A stretch of DNA of 64,000 bases from positions 1-64,000 of the IMG/VR virus record IMGVR_UViG_3300034101_003081; one strand, 5' to 3'. This DNA comes from a virus. Below are positions 1-9,381 of this stretch, in pieces (positions within the stretch are counted from its first letter, which is position 1; each line of letters opens with the position of its first letter). Made by a program: the position numbers and the translations under genes. A model generated the notes under the pieces. That model had not been told where the DNA came from, did not search any database, and saw only the letters and a program-made list of their open reading frames with translations.

Positions 1-371
1 CCGTTGTAGGCGGCGCCGCCCGGATACGAGCCGCTGGGCGTAGTGAGCGTGTTGGTGACTGGGTCGTAAATGCGCGCAGTCGTCGCGCCGCGCGGCACGC
101 AAAACACGCGACCATCCGGGAGCAGCACGCCACCGAAGTAGGCGGCGCCGCCCGGATACGAGCCGCTGGGCGTAGTGAGCGTGTCGCGAACCGCCGCAGT
201 CCGCATCGTCCGCAAAATAGACGACCTGTACAGGCTCCATACGCTGCTGCCGACAATTCGCCAGTTCGGCTCGCGGCGAGGATCGACCATCGGCACTGGC
301 TGCGGGACTCCAAGCAACCCGTAGGGCGTCTGTGGCGATGCGTACTCGGTCTTCAGGATGCCGGGATTCAC
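1..371 (-). CDS. Kelch-like beta-propeller repeat protein, probably virion/fibre associated (runs off window)
   Basis: Not in the ORF track. GTG at 371 overlaps the upstream stop (GTGA). Translates MNPGILKTEY...TLTTPSGSYPGGAAYFGGVLLPDGRVFCVPRGATTARIYDPVTNTLTTPSGSYPGGAAYNG, a 44-aa Kelch-type repeat. Confidence 0.75.
   Translation of the reverse strand, partial: MNPGILKTEYASPQTPYGLLGVPQPVPMVDPRREPNWRIVGSSVWSLYRSSILRTMRTAAVRDTLTTPSGSYPGGAAYFGGVLLPDGRVFCVPRGATTARIYDPVTNTLTTPSGSYPGGAAYN
6..184. repeat. Exact 47-bp direct repeat (6-52 and 138-184), period 132 bp
   Basis: GTAGGCGGCGCCGCCCGGATACGAGCCGCTGGGCGTAGTGAGCGTGT occurs twice; the period equals one Kelch unit. Confidence 0.95.
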
Positions 372-751
372 AAGTCGGCCCCAAGTGCCGTAACGTCGAT
401 GCTTTCCGCGTTGTGCGTGCAGACGCGAATGCTCCAAGATGCGTTCGGCAGCACAAGGTTGTCGTAGCGAGTCGAAACGCGAATTGACTGCACGCTATTC
501 GACGGCGTTGCCGCCGCGACGATGATTTCATCGAAGATGAAGAAGTTGGTGCCATCATGCAGGAATACTCGCACCTGCCCCGCCGTGGTGGTAACGCGGG
601 CCTTGATGACGATCTCCGCGATGCGCGTCCCGGTGCTGGCTCCGGTGATCAACGCGGCAACGGTCCCAGTCCCGTCGCGGTTGGTATTCGCGGTCGCGAT
701 GTTGACTGACGCGACGCGCGGCGTGACGGCGAAGGCTGGATTGTCGGCCAT
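368..751 (-). CDS. Small beta-rich virion-associated protein
   Basis: ATG at 751 with GGAG RBS (MADNPAFAVTP...GADL); lies between fibre genes. Confidence 0.6.
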   Translation of the reverse strand: MADNPAFAVTPRVASVNIATANTNRDGTGTVAALITGASTGTRIAEIVIKARVTTTAGQVRVFLHDGTNFFIFDEIIVAAATPSNSVQSIRVSTRYDNLVLPNASWSIRVCTHNAESIDVTALGADL

Positions 752-759
752 GATTGCTC

Positions 760-1779
760 CTAGCGAAATGTGGACCAATTGAAGACGTTGACGGCGGCCC
801 TCGCGCGGGCTGTCAGGCGGGCGTTTGAGAGCGTGCCGGTGGTCAGGTCGCTGGCATTTGTGCTGCCCGCCGCGGCCCATGCCCCGTCGCCCCGCAGGAA
901 CGTAGTCGCATCAGCCGTCCCGCTGCCGAGCCTTGCCGTGGCGACGGTGCCGGATGTGATGTCGGCTGCGGAGTGGTTGTGCGAGGCCAACACGAGCGAG
1001 CCGCCCGAGGTCGCCAGGCCCGTGCCGACCGAGATGCCGACCGTCTGCGACGAGTAGGTGATCGGGGCCGTAGCAGACACGACGCCGGGATCGCCCTGCG
1101 GGCCTTGCGGGCCTGTGGCACCAGTGGCCCCCGCAGCCCCGGCCGGGCCTTGGATTCCCTGCTCGCCTGGATCGCCCTTCGCACCTTGCGGGCCAGCGAC
1201 GCCGGCCGGGCCTTGGATTCCCGGTTCACCCTGGTCACCCTTCGCACCTTGCGGGCCAGCGACGCCGGCCGGGCCTTGGACGCCCGGTTCACCCTGGTCG
1301 CCCTTCGCACCTTGCGGGCCAGCGACGCCGGCAGGGCCTTGGATTCCCGGTTCACCCTGGTCACCCTTCGCACCTTGCGGGCCAGCGACGCCGGCCGGGC
1401 CTTGGATCCCCGGTTCACCCTGGTCACCCTTCGCACCTTGCGGGCCAGCGACGCCGGCCGGGCCTTGGACGCCCGGTTCACCCTGGTCGCCCTTCGCCCC
1501 GGCGACGCCCTGAATCCCTTGGATGCCTTGCGGCCCTTGGATGCCTTGCGCCCCAGCCGGGATCGTGAAGTTCAGCACAGCCGCCGATGTCGTGCCAGCG
1601 TTGACCACGCTCGCCGACGAACCCGGCGCACCCGTGGTCACGGTGCCAACCGCCACGGACGCAGCCGCGCCAGCAGTTCCCGTAGGCCCGACGCCACCAG
1701 ACACGCTCACGTCGATCTGCGTCTCGCCGACGCTCGCCGTGATCTGTTGCCCGCCGCTGACGGTTGCGTTGATCGGCAT
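760..1779 (-). CDS. Collagen-like tail/head fibre protein
   Basis: Long Gly-X-Y run; [26 protein letters not shown] and HNHSAADIT / TFLRGDGAW fibre motifs. Confidence 0.85.
   Translation of the reverse strand: MPINATVSGGQQITASVGETQIDVSVSGGVGPTGTAGAAASVAVGTVTTGAPGSSASVVNAGTTSAAVLNFTIPAGAQGIQGPQGIQGIQGVAGAKGDQGEPGVQGPAGVAGPQGAKGDQGEPGIQGPAGVAGPQGAKGDQGEPGIQGPAGVAGPQGAKGDQGEPGVQGPAGVAGPQGAKGDQGEPGIQGPAGVAGPQGAKGDPGEQGIQGPAGAAGATGATGPQGPQGDPGVVSATAPITYSSQTVGISVGTGLATSGGSLVLASHNHSAADITSGTVATARLGSGTADATTFLRGDGAWAAAGSTNASDLTTGTLSNARLTARARAAVNVFNWSTFR
1135..1500. repeat. Tandem 63-bp coding repeat (~5.5 copies of [10 protein letters not shown][IV][10 protein letters not shown])
   Basis: Near-identical units every 63 bp within the collagen gene. 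Confidence 0.9.
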
Positions 1780-2102
1780 CAGAGTACCTCGACAACCCCG
1801 GTGAGAGCCGTTCGCGTGGCGTTGTTCTCAGTCCATCGCATCTGCCAGCCGTATGTGCCGCGAGCCAGTGCCGCCGTCTGTGCGTCGGTCAGGCTTACGT
1901 TCACCCTCCCGTCTTGAGCAGACACGAAGACCACCGTGAGCGGCTGCACTTCGTTGCCAGTCACGAGACTGTGCATCGAGGCCGAGACGATGTATCCCGC
2001 CATGCTGATGGGCGAGAAGTCCACGAGCGTGCTGAAGTCGTCGCCCCTGCTGAAGACAAAGTTCAGCGTGCCAGGCTGCTGGGAAAATGTGCTGCTCATC
2101 AT
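1779..2102 (-). CDS. BppU-N-like fibre adaptor protein
   Basis: RGDDF...[22 protein letters not shown]...TALTGVVEV pattern, directly upstream of the fibre gene. Confidence 0.6.
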   Translation of the reverse strand: MMSSTFSQQPGTLNFVFSRGDDFSTLVDFSPISMAGYIVSASMHSLVTGNEVQPLTVVFVSAQDGRVNVSLTDAQTAALARGTYGWQMRWTENNATRTALTGVVEVL

Positions 2103-2149
2103 CAAGCCTTCAGTATCGCGCCAAAACGCCGTCAGACTTTCGGTGAGGT

Positions 2150-2458
2150 CTATTCTAAAGTTGCGCGGGTGCCCGACCGTAAGACGGCCTGCTTGATTTC
2201 GATCTGCGAAATCGCCAGTTCCTTGAGCGTCTCGGCTTGCTGAGACTGCGTCTTGCCGATCTCTTTGAGAGTGTCCCGAGTCGATTCGAGAAACTCCGTG
2301 TGCGACGACACGATGGGGATGACAACCGTGCCGTGCAGGGTCGTGGCTGCTTCGCGGGCCATCCAGATGAACGCAGCCAAGATGACCACGGGGACGCCAA
2401 AGTCTCCGGCTACTTTGATCGCCGTGTCGACGATTGTTTGCTTGGTCGCATCGGTCAT
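2150..2458 (-). CDS. Single-TM holin-like (BhlA-type) membrane protein
   Basis: FGVPVVILAAFIW transmembrane segment followed by a coiled-coil tail. Confidence 0.45.
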   Translation of the reverse strand: MTDATKQTIVDTAIKVAGDFGVPVVILAAFIWMAREAATTLHGTVVIPIVSSHTEFLESTRDTLKEIGKTQSQQAETLKELAISQIEIKQAVLRSGTRATLE

Positions 2459-2817
2459 TTCGTCAACTCCCTTCTCCATCCGGCCATTTTCACGCGATTA
2501 GCCCGTGACTCGAACCACCACTCCAAGAGCCGCTTGAGCAGGTACTGGATCAGGGGGCTGATCAGAATCCAGAACAGCGGCCCGAACTGGGCCTCTTCGC
2601 CGTAGAGCAGGCCGTAGCCGCGTTTCACAGACTGCCCCCAGGCTGCAAGGGCCACTTCCTGCTCGTTCGAGCCCTGCGAGATATGCTGAAAAAACTCCAG
2701 CGGGCACTGCTCGATGGCGATCGTAATGACGTCATCAATCCGCTCGCGTCCGACGAGATTTCGCCGCAAGACGGGCAGTTCCTGCCACAGTTTGTCCCGC
2801 AACTCTTGCTGCGTCAT
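2455..2817 (-). CDS. Hypothetical protein with C-terminal hydrophobic segment
   Basis: Coupled (ATGA overlaps) to both neighbours. Confidence 0.6.
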   Translation of the reverse strand: MTQQELRDKLWQELPVLRRNLVGRERIDDVITIAIEQCPLEFFQHISQGSNEQEVALAAWGQSVKRGYGLLYGEEAQFGPLFWILISPLIQYLLKRLLEWWFESRANRVKMAGWRRELTK

Positions 2818-3113
2818 GGAAGCGTCTTCGGCGGAATGAGAAACTGCCTGTTTGTCTTGCACGGGCACGAGTCATCGCACGGGCAGGACACCCACTCCAG
2901 GCCGTCTCCCGAGCGAACCAGGCCGCCTTTGCACTTGCCGCAGCATTTCTGAGGAGGCTGCGGGGCCAGAGAAGCGGCCGATTCAGCCCGAATTACCTCA
3001 TAGGCGGCGCACGAGAAGCATTCGCCGAGCAGTTCCACCTGATTCGGCGTCAGGCTTGGCTGGCATCCAGCCAGCGTCACCAAGGCGAGAAGCAGGAACT
3101 TCTTGCTGTTCAC
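2814..3113 (-). CDS. Cys-rich putative lipoprotein
   Basis: GTG start; KKFLLLALVTLAGC lipobox; CCGKC...CPCDDSCPC C-terminus. Confidence 0.6.
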   Translation of the reverse strand: MNSKKFLLLALVTLAGCQPSLTPNQVELLGECFSCAAYEVIRAESAASLAPQPPQKCCGKCKGGLVRSGDGLEWVSCPCDDSCPCKTNRQFLIPPKTLP

Positions 3114-4081
3114 AGGATGCCCCCGGTCCAAGAGGGAAGTTTCCTGGGAGGGAAACCGTCGTAGGACGAGAGAGCAAACGAGTCTTGCCAAGACTTGAGC
3201 ATCTTGTCCAAGACTTCGGCGTCCACCCAGAACGTCGAGCCCCGAAACTCCGCAGGCATGTCATCCGGACGGTCTGGAATCCCCGAATAGTGCGGTCCCG
3301 TGTGGGCTTTATTTCCCCACGAGTTCCAGATGAGGCCGCCAGGCCTCCTGCCGCCTCTTTTTCCGATTCCAGCCATGCAATGCAGCCACTCGCCCCTGGG
3401 AGTGGCGAAGCCGCGATTGACAATGTCGTCGTCGCTCTTTCCGTTTGAGCGGGACATCGTGAATCCCTGTCCCGAACAAATTGCAACCGAAAATCCGCTG
3501 GATATGGCTTTGCAGTAGGAGTCAAAGTCTGTGACGAGAGTCGTTGTCTTGATTCGCCTCTGCTTGGCGAACTTCTCCAGTTCGTCGGGCATGCCAGTGT
3601 CGCCCCACTGCTTCTCCCGAATGCCGGAGTAGTCTTTGAAGACCGCGCCTGCGTAGTCAACGCCGTAGTGCAGGACGCCCCACTGCATGACGGCCTTCGC
3701 CGCCCCGGCGCCATAAGAGCCGTCGGCAGTGCCCGCACGAGTCTTGCCTCTGGCCTCGACCCGGCTCACGCCGTAAATCGAGGCTTCGAGGATACGCCCT
3801 TTCCAGTCTTCGGCCTCGCCGTGGACGACGATTTCCGTCGCAGCAAGGGCGTCTCCGCAGCCTGCCCACCCATGGCCGACGCACGAGCCGATGGCCTGGG
3901 CGGTTCGCTTGTAGAGCGGGTCTACGCGAAGAATCGCCGGGTAGAGAACGACGTCTTGGTTGTCGTTGTTGGCGAGTTTTGGCCCGGCTTCAGCCAGCGT
4001 CGGATACTTGAGCGACGAGACGAACTTCTCGGTCGCTGCCCGGTCGGGCACGTACCCCTGGGGCCGCCACGGAGCAGGCAT
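3110..4081 (-). CDS. Papain-like (C1) cysteine peptidase
   Basis: Catalytic motifs QAIGSCVGH (Gln/Cys), WLHCMA (His), IWNSWG (Asn). Confidence 0.85.
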   Translation of the reverse strand: MPAPWRPQGYVPDRAATEKFVSSLKYPTLAEAGPKLANNDNQDVVLYPAILRVDPLYKRTAQAIGSCVGHGWAGCGDALAATEIVVHGEAEDWKGRILEASIYGVSRVEARGKTRAGTADGSYGAGAAKAVMQWGVLHYGVDYAGAVFKDYSGIREKQWGDTGMPDELEKFAKQRRIKTTTLVTDFDSYCKAISSGFSVAICSGQGFTMSRSNGKSDDDIVNRGFATPRGEWLHCMAGIGKRGGRRPGGLIWNSWGNKAHTGPHYSGIPDRPDDMPAEFRGSTFWVDAEVLDKMLKSWQDSFALSSYDGFPPRKLPSWTGGIL

Positions 4082-4569
4082 CACTGATCCTTTCCAAGCC
4101 CAGCCCATGCAATGGCATCGAAGACCTCGACGGCCTTCGCTCGCAACTCAGGAGTCAGGGGACGCTGTTTGTCGCTGATAACCTCAGCAATCGCACCGTC
4201 AACGGCCTCGCTCAGGCCTTCGTACTCACCAGGCGGATTCCCGGCCATGCCTCGCCAGATGAACTTGAGGATCGCCACATGGATAGCCCGCAGGCCCTCT
4301 GTCGTGACGATGACCTGCGGTTCCACGACGCCATCTGCGGCCACGACTTTGGCCGCGTTGCTGTAGATCGTCTGGAGCCAGAGCCGATCAATCGGCGACA
4401 TCTTGCTCACGACGCGGATGACAGGCTTGACTGTGCTTTTCATGGCCTCGCTCGGCTCCTTGACGACCGTGGCGGGCTGCGTCCGGACGCTGAAACTCGG
4501 CAGCGACGGCACCCCAAACACGCCGTACGCGGCCAAGAGCAGGGCCACGATCACTTTCACCCGCTTCAC
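4081..4569 (-). CDS. Hypothetical exported protein
   Basis: GTG start VKRVKVIVALLLAAYGVFG, signal/TM; coupled to neighbours. Confidence 0.6.
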   Translation of the reverse strand: MKRVKVIVALLLAAYGVFGVPSLPSFSVRTQPATVVKEPSEAMKSTVKPVIRVVSKMSPIDRLWLQTIYSNAAKVVAADGVVEPQVIVTTEGLRAIHVAILKFIWRGMAGNPPGEYEGLSEAVDGAIAEVISDKQRPLTPELRAKAVEVFDAIAWAGLGKDQ

Positions 4570-4841
4570 GGCTTCTTCTCCGGCTTGAGCAGCACGTCGA
4601 TGAGGCTCTTGCACAGCCGCACTCCCTCGACGTTGCCTGATTTCTGGAGCCGACGGGCGATCTCCAGCACGACGTGGGCGTCGTCCGTCACCTCTGGCTC
4701 CGGCTTCGAGGCCTTGCTCGCGAACGAGACCGGCCGCCACGCCAGGAGTGCTTGACCTGCTGCCACCAGGGGCGCACCCGCCACAAGAGCAGCCGCCGCC
4801 ACGACGGCAGCGGCGCGAAGCATGAACTCGACATCGGGCAT
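4566..4841 (-). CDS. Hypothetical membrane protein
   Basis: N-terminal hydrophobic helix; coupled overlaps. Confidence 0.55.
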   Translation of the reverse strand: MPDVEFMLRAAAVVAAAALVAGAPLVAAGQALLAWRPVSFASKASKPEPEVTDDAHVVLEIARRLQKSGNVEGVRLCKSLIDVLLKPEKKP

Positions 4842-5119
4842 CACTTGTCTCCGTCAACTTTGGCGACGATCCACCGCAAGAAAGCCTCTCCCTGTGGAGA
4901 CTTGAGGATCGCCGTAACGTGATCGACGAGTTCGTCGTCGACCTTGGTGTTCTTGGATTTAGCCGCCAGCCACTCGCAGGCGTCCGCAACGATCAGGGAC
5001 TTGGCGTGCGGGTCATGCTCGGCCAAAAAAGCCTGCACGTAGGTCACAACCGGCGACCACTCTTGCAGGATGCGAATCTTTTCCCAGATCGAGACTGAGC
5101 CGTAGTTCGGTTCATTCAT
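4841..5119 (-). CDS. Hypothetical protein
   Basis: ATG with ACGGAGG RBS. Confidence 0.6.
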   Translation of the reverse strand: MNEPNYGSVSIWEKIRILQEWSPVVTYVQAFLAEHDPHAKSLIVADACEWLAAKSKNTKVDDELVDHVTAILKSPQGEAFLRWIVAKVDGDK

Positions 5120-5171
5120 GGCTTGAAAACCTCCGTGTGTCAGAGCCATGGTTCAGGCTACACGGAGATTC

Positions 5172-5594
5172 TCAGTCACCCGAAGTTCCGAGATCAGTAA
5201 GTTCTTCGAGACTCCAGCCTGGGCCGCCCTCTTCAGAAAGGTGGGCGTTGCTGGCCCATCCGAAAGCCGACTCTGGGATGACCCGAATCTCGACCGACTT
5301 CGGGGCGGGGGACCAGCCCACACGGCGTCTCGCCCGCTCTTCGTCGCTCCAGCCGGCCTGGAACTCCAGGCATTTTTGCCTTATTTCGGCCTCCGAGGGG
5401 AGGTAGGCTTTTCGGTGCCCCGTCTTGGAGCCGTGCCAACTCTGTCGCCGCGGCAGGCCCATTTTGCGACGAATCGCGTCGCACTTGTCGGCCGAGATTT
5501 TCAGAGTCTCAGCAATCACCCGAGTTGGCGTCCCTGCCAACCACATTTTCGAAAACGTAGCCGTGCAGACGGTTACTGTCGGTCCTCTTGGCAT
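5172..5594 (-). CDS. HTH-like protein, paralog of 10562-10900
   Basis: W..G.PTRVIAETLKIS...IRRKMGLP HTH-like N-terminus, then PSEAEIRQKC...WSDEERARR. Confidence 0.55.
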   Translation of the reverse strand: MPRGPTVTVCTATFSKMWLAGTPTRVIAETLKISADKCDAIRRKMGLPRRQSWHGSKTGHRKAYLPSEAEIRQKCLEFQAGWSDEERARRRVGWSPAPKSVEIRVIPESAFGWASNAHLSEEGGPGWSLEELTDLGTSGD

Positions 5595-6181
5595 GCAGCC
5601 GTCTTTGCTTTCTCCCCCACCAGCCAGGCGACACGCAGTTCTGGGGTCTCGATCCCGCAGGCGTGCCTAAACTGCGGAACAACCTCCTTGCTCGTCCCTC
5701 TCCAAGAGTTCCATTCCTCCCCTAGCCTGTGGACGGTCTGCTCGCTGGCGAGCCTGTTGATTGCCGCCTGCTCCCACCAGTCGTCGTGTATGCAGTCGTC
5801 TTGCATCGCAGCCATGACGATCGTCTCCAGAAAGTCCCTGCGGGCCAGGAAAATGCCGCAGTTGTAGTGCCCCCTCCCTCGCTCGTCCGTCAGCCAGCAC
5901 GCGGCGGCCTGAAACCCAGGCCGGAAGTCATTGAATATGTTTCGCGTCGCTCGCGACACGTCGACGTCGACGTCGATCCAGAGAACTTCGTCGTGCTTCG
6001 CAAGAGCCCCGGCGACGGCCGCCAACTTCCCCCATGACGGCGGTCTTTTTCCTGACGAGAGTTCAACGCCGTGAAACTCGACCCCGATCGTCCTGGCGTA
6101 CTGCACCATGGCAGGCCACGTTATGTCAGCGAGGTTCTTGTATGTGCTGCCTGAAAAGCCAGAGACGATAGCCCGAGTCAT
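5573..6181 (-). CDS. GT34-like (MNN10/GMA12-type) glycosyltransferase
   Basis: SWGKL, VLWIDVD (DxD), NCGIFL and WWEQAAIN motifs. Confidence 0.75.
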   Translation of the reverse strand: MTRAIVSGFSGSTYKNLADITWPAMVQYARTIGVEFHGVELSSGKRPPSWGKLAAVAGALAKHDEVLWIDVDVDVSRATRNIFNDFRPGFQAAACWLTDERGRGHYNCGIFLARRDFLETIVMAAMQDDCIHDDWWEQAAINRLASEQTVHRLGEEWNSWRGTSKEVVPQFRHACGIETPELRVAWLVGEKAKTAACQEDRQ

Positions 6182-7050
6182 TCGCCTTCCTCTGGAACCC
6201 AGAACGAAACTACCCGCTGCGACGGATTGAGATAGCAGTCCCCGCCCATGGACTTCCAGTGGGCGACATGCTCGCAGTCTCCGCCGGCGTAGGTGCCTGA
6301 GATGTAGTCTCCCATGCGGTACACGCCCAGTTGCCCGAAGCACGAGTTCATCCGCACGGGTGGTGACCCGACGGGTGGGTGCCAGAGGTGGAACCAGAGC
6401 ATGTTCTGTCGCTCTTGCCACCACGTCCACCGGCAAGCCCAGGCGTCGTATTGGCACTCGGTCGGCTGCGGCCACACAGGAGGGCCCCATACCGCCCACG
6501 AGTACGACCCCATCCCCGATGCGTTGCTGTATTCGTCGTCTTCGAGGTGCCCGATCGTGTTGGCGATGCCGTCGATGCTCCAGCCGCCCCAGGCGTCCGT
6601 ATCAAACACGATGGCGTAGTCGTAGCCCCGGCAGTTCGCTTCGCACCAAAGTCGGCAGTTGTTGCGATACTCGGCCAGGGCGATCGTCCGGTCAGACGAC
6701 TTGGTGTAGTTCAGGTGCGGTCGGCCGTTGTCTGTCATCGCCACACTGAGCCGCGAGTCAGCGACCTTGGCTGCCGACAGCACGTCTTTAGTTCCGTCTT
6801 CGCTGTCGTTCTCGAAGACAAAGGCTCTCCAGTCAGCGAATAACTCGCCCGTACGCGATACCAACTCCAGCGTCAGCGGCAGAAACGGCATCGCGTTGCG
6901 GCAGATGGCAACGAAAGCGGCCCTTCTCTTTTTGGCGATCAGGCGTCCACGCTCGACGCGGCCCCAGTAGGCGTCGACGAACTCCGGGTCTGGCGGAAGA
7001 ATCAAGTCAGGGGCGTGTCGGTTAATCTCTGCAAACGTAAGCGACGGCAT
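6178..7050 (-). CDS. GT69/CAP59-like glycosyltransferase
   Basis: AICRN, FENDSEDGT, LAEYRN, FDTD, NSCFGQLGVYR and DCEHV motifs. Confidence 0.7.
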   Translation of the reverse strand: MPSLTFAEINRHAPDLILPPDPEFVDAYWGRVERGRLIAKKRRAAFVAICRNAMPFLPLTLELVSRTGELFADWRAFVFENDSEDGTKDVLSAAKVADSRLSVAMTDNGRPHLNYTKSSDRTIALAEYRNNCRLWCEANCRGYDYAIVFDTDAWGGWSIDGIANTIGHLEDDEYSNASGMGSYSWAVWGPPVWPQPTECQYDAWACRWTWWQERQNMLWFHLWHPPVGSPPVRMNSCFGQLGVYRMGDYISGTYAGGDCEHVAHWKSMGGDCYLNPSQRVVSFWVPEEGE

Positions 7051-7056
7051 GGCTTC

Positions 7057-7749
7057 TTAGATGTTCGCCTCGGTGAAGTAAAGGTTGCCGCTCTCGGGCG
7101 CGTCGTCTGAAGTGCTGACAGCAGCATGAAAAATCTCGTGCCAGTCTGGGCAGTTTATATGCTCGCCGCCGGATTCGCCGATGTTTTGCACGCGAGACAC
7201 TGCCGGGTAAGCCTCGAACCTAGTTCCTCGCACGTTGTTGGTGACGTGAACGTCCCACGACGTCCCTTCAGCCGGAGGCCACGCTGCTTTGATCTCGTCC
7301 CAGCGATCTCTCCATGTACCCCAACCCCAAGGACAGAAGCCCATCCTTCGGCCGCATTGTGTAATGAGCCCGCACGGCTTTCTTTGCCAGCCACTAACGG
7401 AAAAGATTGACTTATCGTTCCGGTACGTGTCCCTTGCCCACCAGAACCAGTGAATCGCATCACGCGACAGAACCACGTCGTCTTCTACGTGCAAGTTGAA
7501 GTCGGTTCCAGCAAAATCGAATCCGACGCGAAGCGATTTGCATATCGCTTCGTTGCACCCAACTCTTTCCGCAAGCGTCAACGAGTCAAACCCGTGCTGC
7601 CTTACAATTTCCAGGCATTCGTCTGTGCGATCGCTTTTGTCTAGGATCACGAACACTCTGCATGCGCCTATTCCGCGACACCGGGACAGCGACGCAAGAG
7701 ACTTGCTGAGATAGTGCGGGCGGTTGTACGCGCTAACTGTGATCAGCAT
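7057..7749 (-). CDS. GT-A fold glycosyltransferase (GT13/GT2-like)
   Basis: AYNRPHYL, VEDD, SVSGW, PWGWGTWRDRW, SWD and SRVQNIG motifs. Confidence 0.75.
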   Translation of the reverse strand: MLITVSAYNRPHYLSKSLASLSRCRGIGACRVFVILDKSDRTDECLEIVRQHGFDSLTLAERVGCNEAICKSLRVGFDFAGTDFNLHVEDDVVLSRDAIHWFWWARDTYRNDKSIFSVSGWQRKPCGLITQCGRRMGFCPWGWGTWRDRWDEIKAAWPPAEGTSWDVHVTNNVRGTRFEAYPAVSRVQNIGESGGEHINCPDWHEIFHAAVSTSDDAPESGNLYFTEANI

Positions 7750-8470
7750 CGCGGCCTTGGCTCCTTGTTACACTCCACTGAATAGGCTTTCCAGCCGACT
7801 CCTTCGTCCATTCATGCGAGCCGACCATCGTCTCGTGGATGCCGTCGATCGTTGTTGCCTGCGGGTAGGCGTAGAGCCCCATGTAAATAAGGTCGCCATC
7901 GCCCGTTTGCCTGGGAGTCTTGTGCCGGTGCCAAGTCTTGACCGACAGGCACGGGTTTACGATCCGAAATGCCTCCGCAATCGCCCACGCTGCGACTCCC
8001 TGGTCGCAGGCTTGGATACCGAGCGGAATATCCGGCGCGCTTCGCACTTTGTCCGTTGCGATGAACGCCCAGACGTCCTGCGATCCTGCGAAGAAACAAA
8101 AGTCGTCGTAGTGCTGCTTCTGCGCGAAAGTCGTCGTTTTCGGGACGTGCAGAACGTGCCCGATCATGCGTGGCGATACAGGACTATCCCATCGCGTGAG
8201 CGCCACGAACGTCGAATCGTCAACGTGCGGCTCTAGCAGGCGAATCGTCTCGTCAAAGATGATGTCCGTGTTGGCGACAACGCAGAGTTGGCCGGGCCAT
8301 TTATCAGCGCAGAGCGAAAACAACTCCTTGTATGTCTTCGTCTTGTCGCGTGCATCAACGTAGTGGACGTCTCGAAACAAGCCGCTCGACTCATTCGCTT
8401 CTCGGCATTCCAGAATCTCAACTCGCCGCTCTTTGCTGCTGGGGTTCCACCACTGGGATAAGAGATTCAT
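7733..8470 (-). CDS. Putative GT-A fold glycosyltransferase
   Basis: VANTDIIFD, ALTRWD, SQDVW, LGIQACD and NPC motifs; cluster context. Confidence 0.55.
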   Translation of the reverse strand: MNLLSQWWNPSSKERRVEILECREANESSGLFRDVHYVDARDKTKTYKELFSLCADKWPGQLCVVANTDIIFDETIRLLEPHVDDSTFVALTRWDSPVSPRMIGHVLHVPKTTTFAQKQHYDDFCFFAGSQDVWAFIATDKVRSAPDIPLGIQACDQGVAAWAIAEAFRIVNPCLSVKTWHRHKTPRQTGDGDLIYMGLYAYPQATTIDGIHETMVGSHEWTKESAGKPIQWSVTRSQGRDADHS

Positions 8471-9381
8471 GCGATCGCGCCTCTCGCTTTTGTGATCATG
8501 GCCGCCCACGCGGCGCGACACTCCCTGTACGACTCAAAAAACTCTTTGGCATCCGGCGGCATTGGCTTCCCTGCCCAGAGCCGTTCGTTGAGTCCAATTC
8601 CGTAGGCCTCTGCTCGAAGGTTCGCATACACATTAGACAGCCGAGTATGCACGCAGGACGAGAAGCCTGTGACCATCGCAGCGTTGATTTTTGACAAGTC
8701 CTTGACGAGTTCGACACCCATCCAGATGTCGTCAAACCGTTCTGCCCCTGGGAGCCACTTGGCTGGGCACCAGAGCATGTACGGCATTGCTTCCACACGA
8801 AACGCGAGGTTCATGCCGCAGACGGGAAAGAACACGCCGCGAGGGACTGGCCCGGAGTAGAACGCGACCTCCGGAGAGTTGCCAATCACGAGTTGCGTCG
8901 GCGCGTCAAGGTCTGGAATGTTCTTCCACACGCCGTGGCTAACAAACACTGGCGACTCGTCGCGTACTCCATACGGAAATCCTCGCATGTGAGGGCCACG
9001 CATGACGCTTGACATCCACGACGTGTGCGTACGGCGAGAGAGAGCAGCAATGTGGTCGCCGATCGTGTCGCCGTCTGGTGCGACGTCGTCGTCAAGGGTG
9101 ACGACATACCGCACTTCAGGCAGACTCCTGGCGATGTACGCGAACCCAAGACACCGGCAGGCCGGAGACTTGCGGGCCACGATGCCGCAGTTCTTTCCAA
9201 GCACAGAAGCCTCGTCCCCGACGGCGCCTTTTCCCAGGACGTGAATCTCTCCTGCGTCCGTGTCGTCTCGCACAACCACAACCGTAGCGTCGTGCTGGGA
9301 GAATTGCTCTCGCCACGAGGCGCAGAACGCTTCGAGTTGTTCAGGCCTGCACGTCGGAACGACAACGGCAATTTGGCTCAC
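8467..9381 (-). CDS. RGP/GT75-like protein (UDP-arabinopyranose mutase family)
   Basis: TLDDD, RGFPYGVR, SHGVWKNIPDLDAPTQL, CGMNLAF and RFDDIW match recalled RGP motifs. Confidence 0.8.
   Translation of the reverse strand: MSQIAVVVPTCRPEQLEAFCASWREQFSQHDATVVVVRDDTDAGEIHVLGKGAVGDEASVLGKNCGIVARKSPACRCLGFAYIARSLPEVRYVVTLDDDVAPDGDTIGDHIAALSRRTHTSWMSSVMRGPHMRGFPYGVRDESPVFVSHGVWKNIPDLDAPTQLVIGNSPEVAFYSGPVPRGVFFPVCGMNLAFRVEAMPYMLWCPAKWLPGAERFDDIWMGVELVKDLSKINAAMVTGFSSCVHTRLSNVYANLRAEAYGIGLNERLWAGKPMPPDAKEFFESYRECRAAWAAMITKARGAIA

Noticed and set aside
6-184. DGR template/variable repeat pair
   Set aside because: Both copies are in-frame blades of one gene and no reverse transcriptase is visible in the window.
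1135-1500. Possible CRISPR array
   Set aside because: Units are contiguous 63-bp in-frame collagen repeats with no unique spacers and no cas genes.
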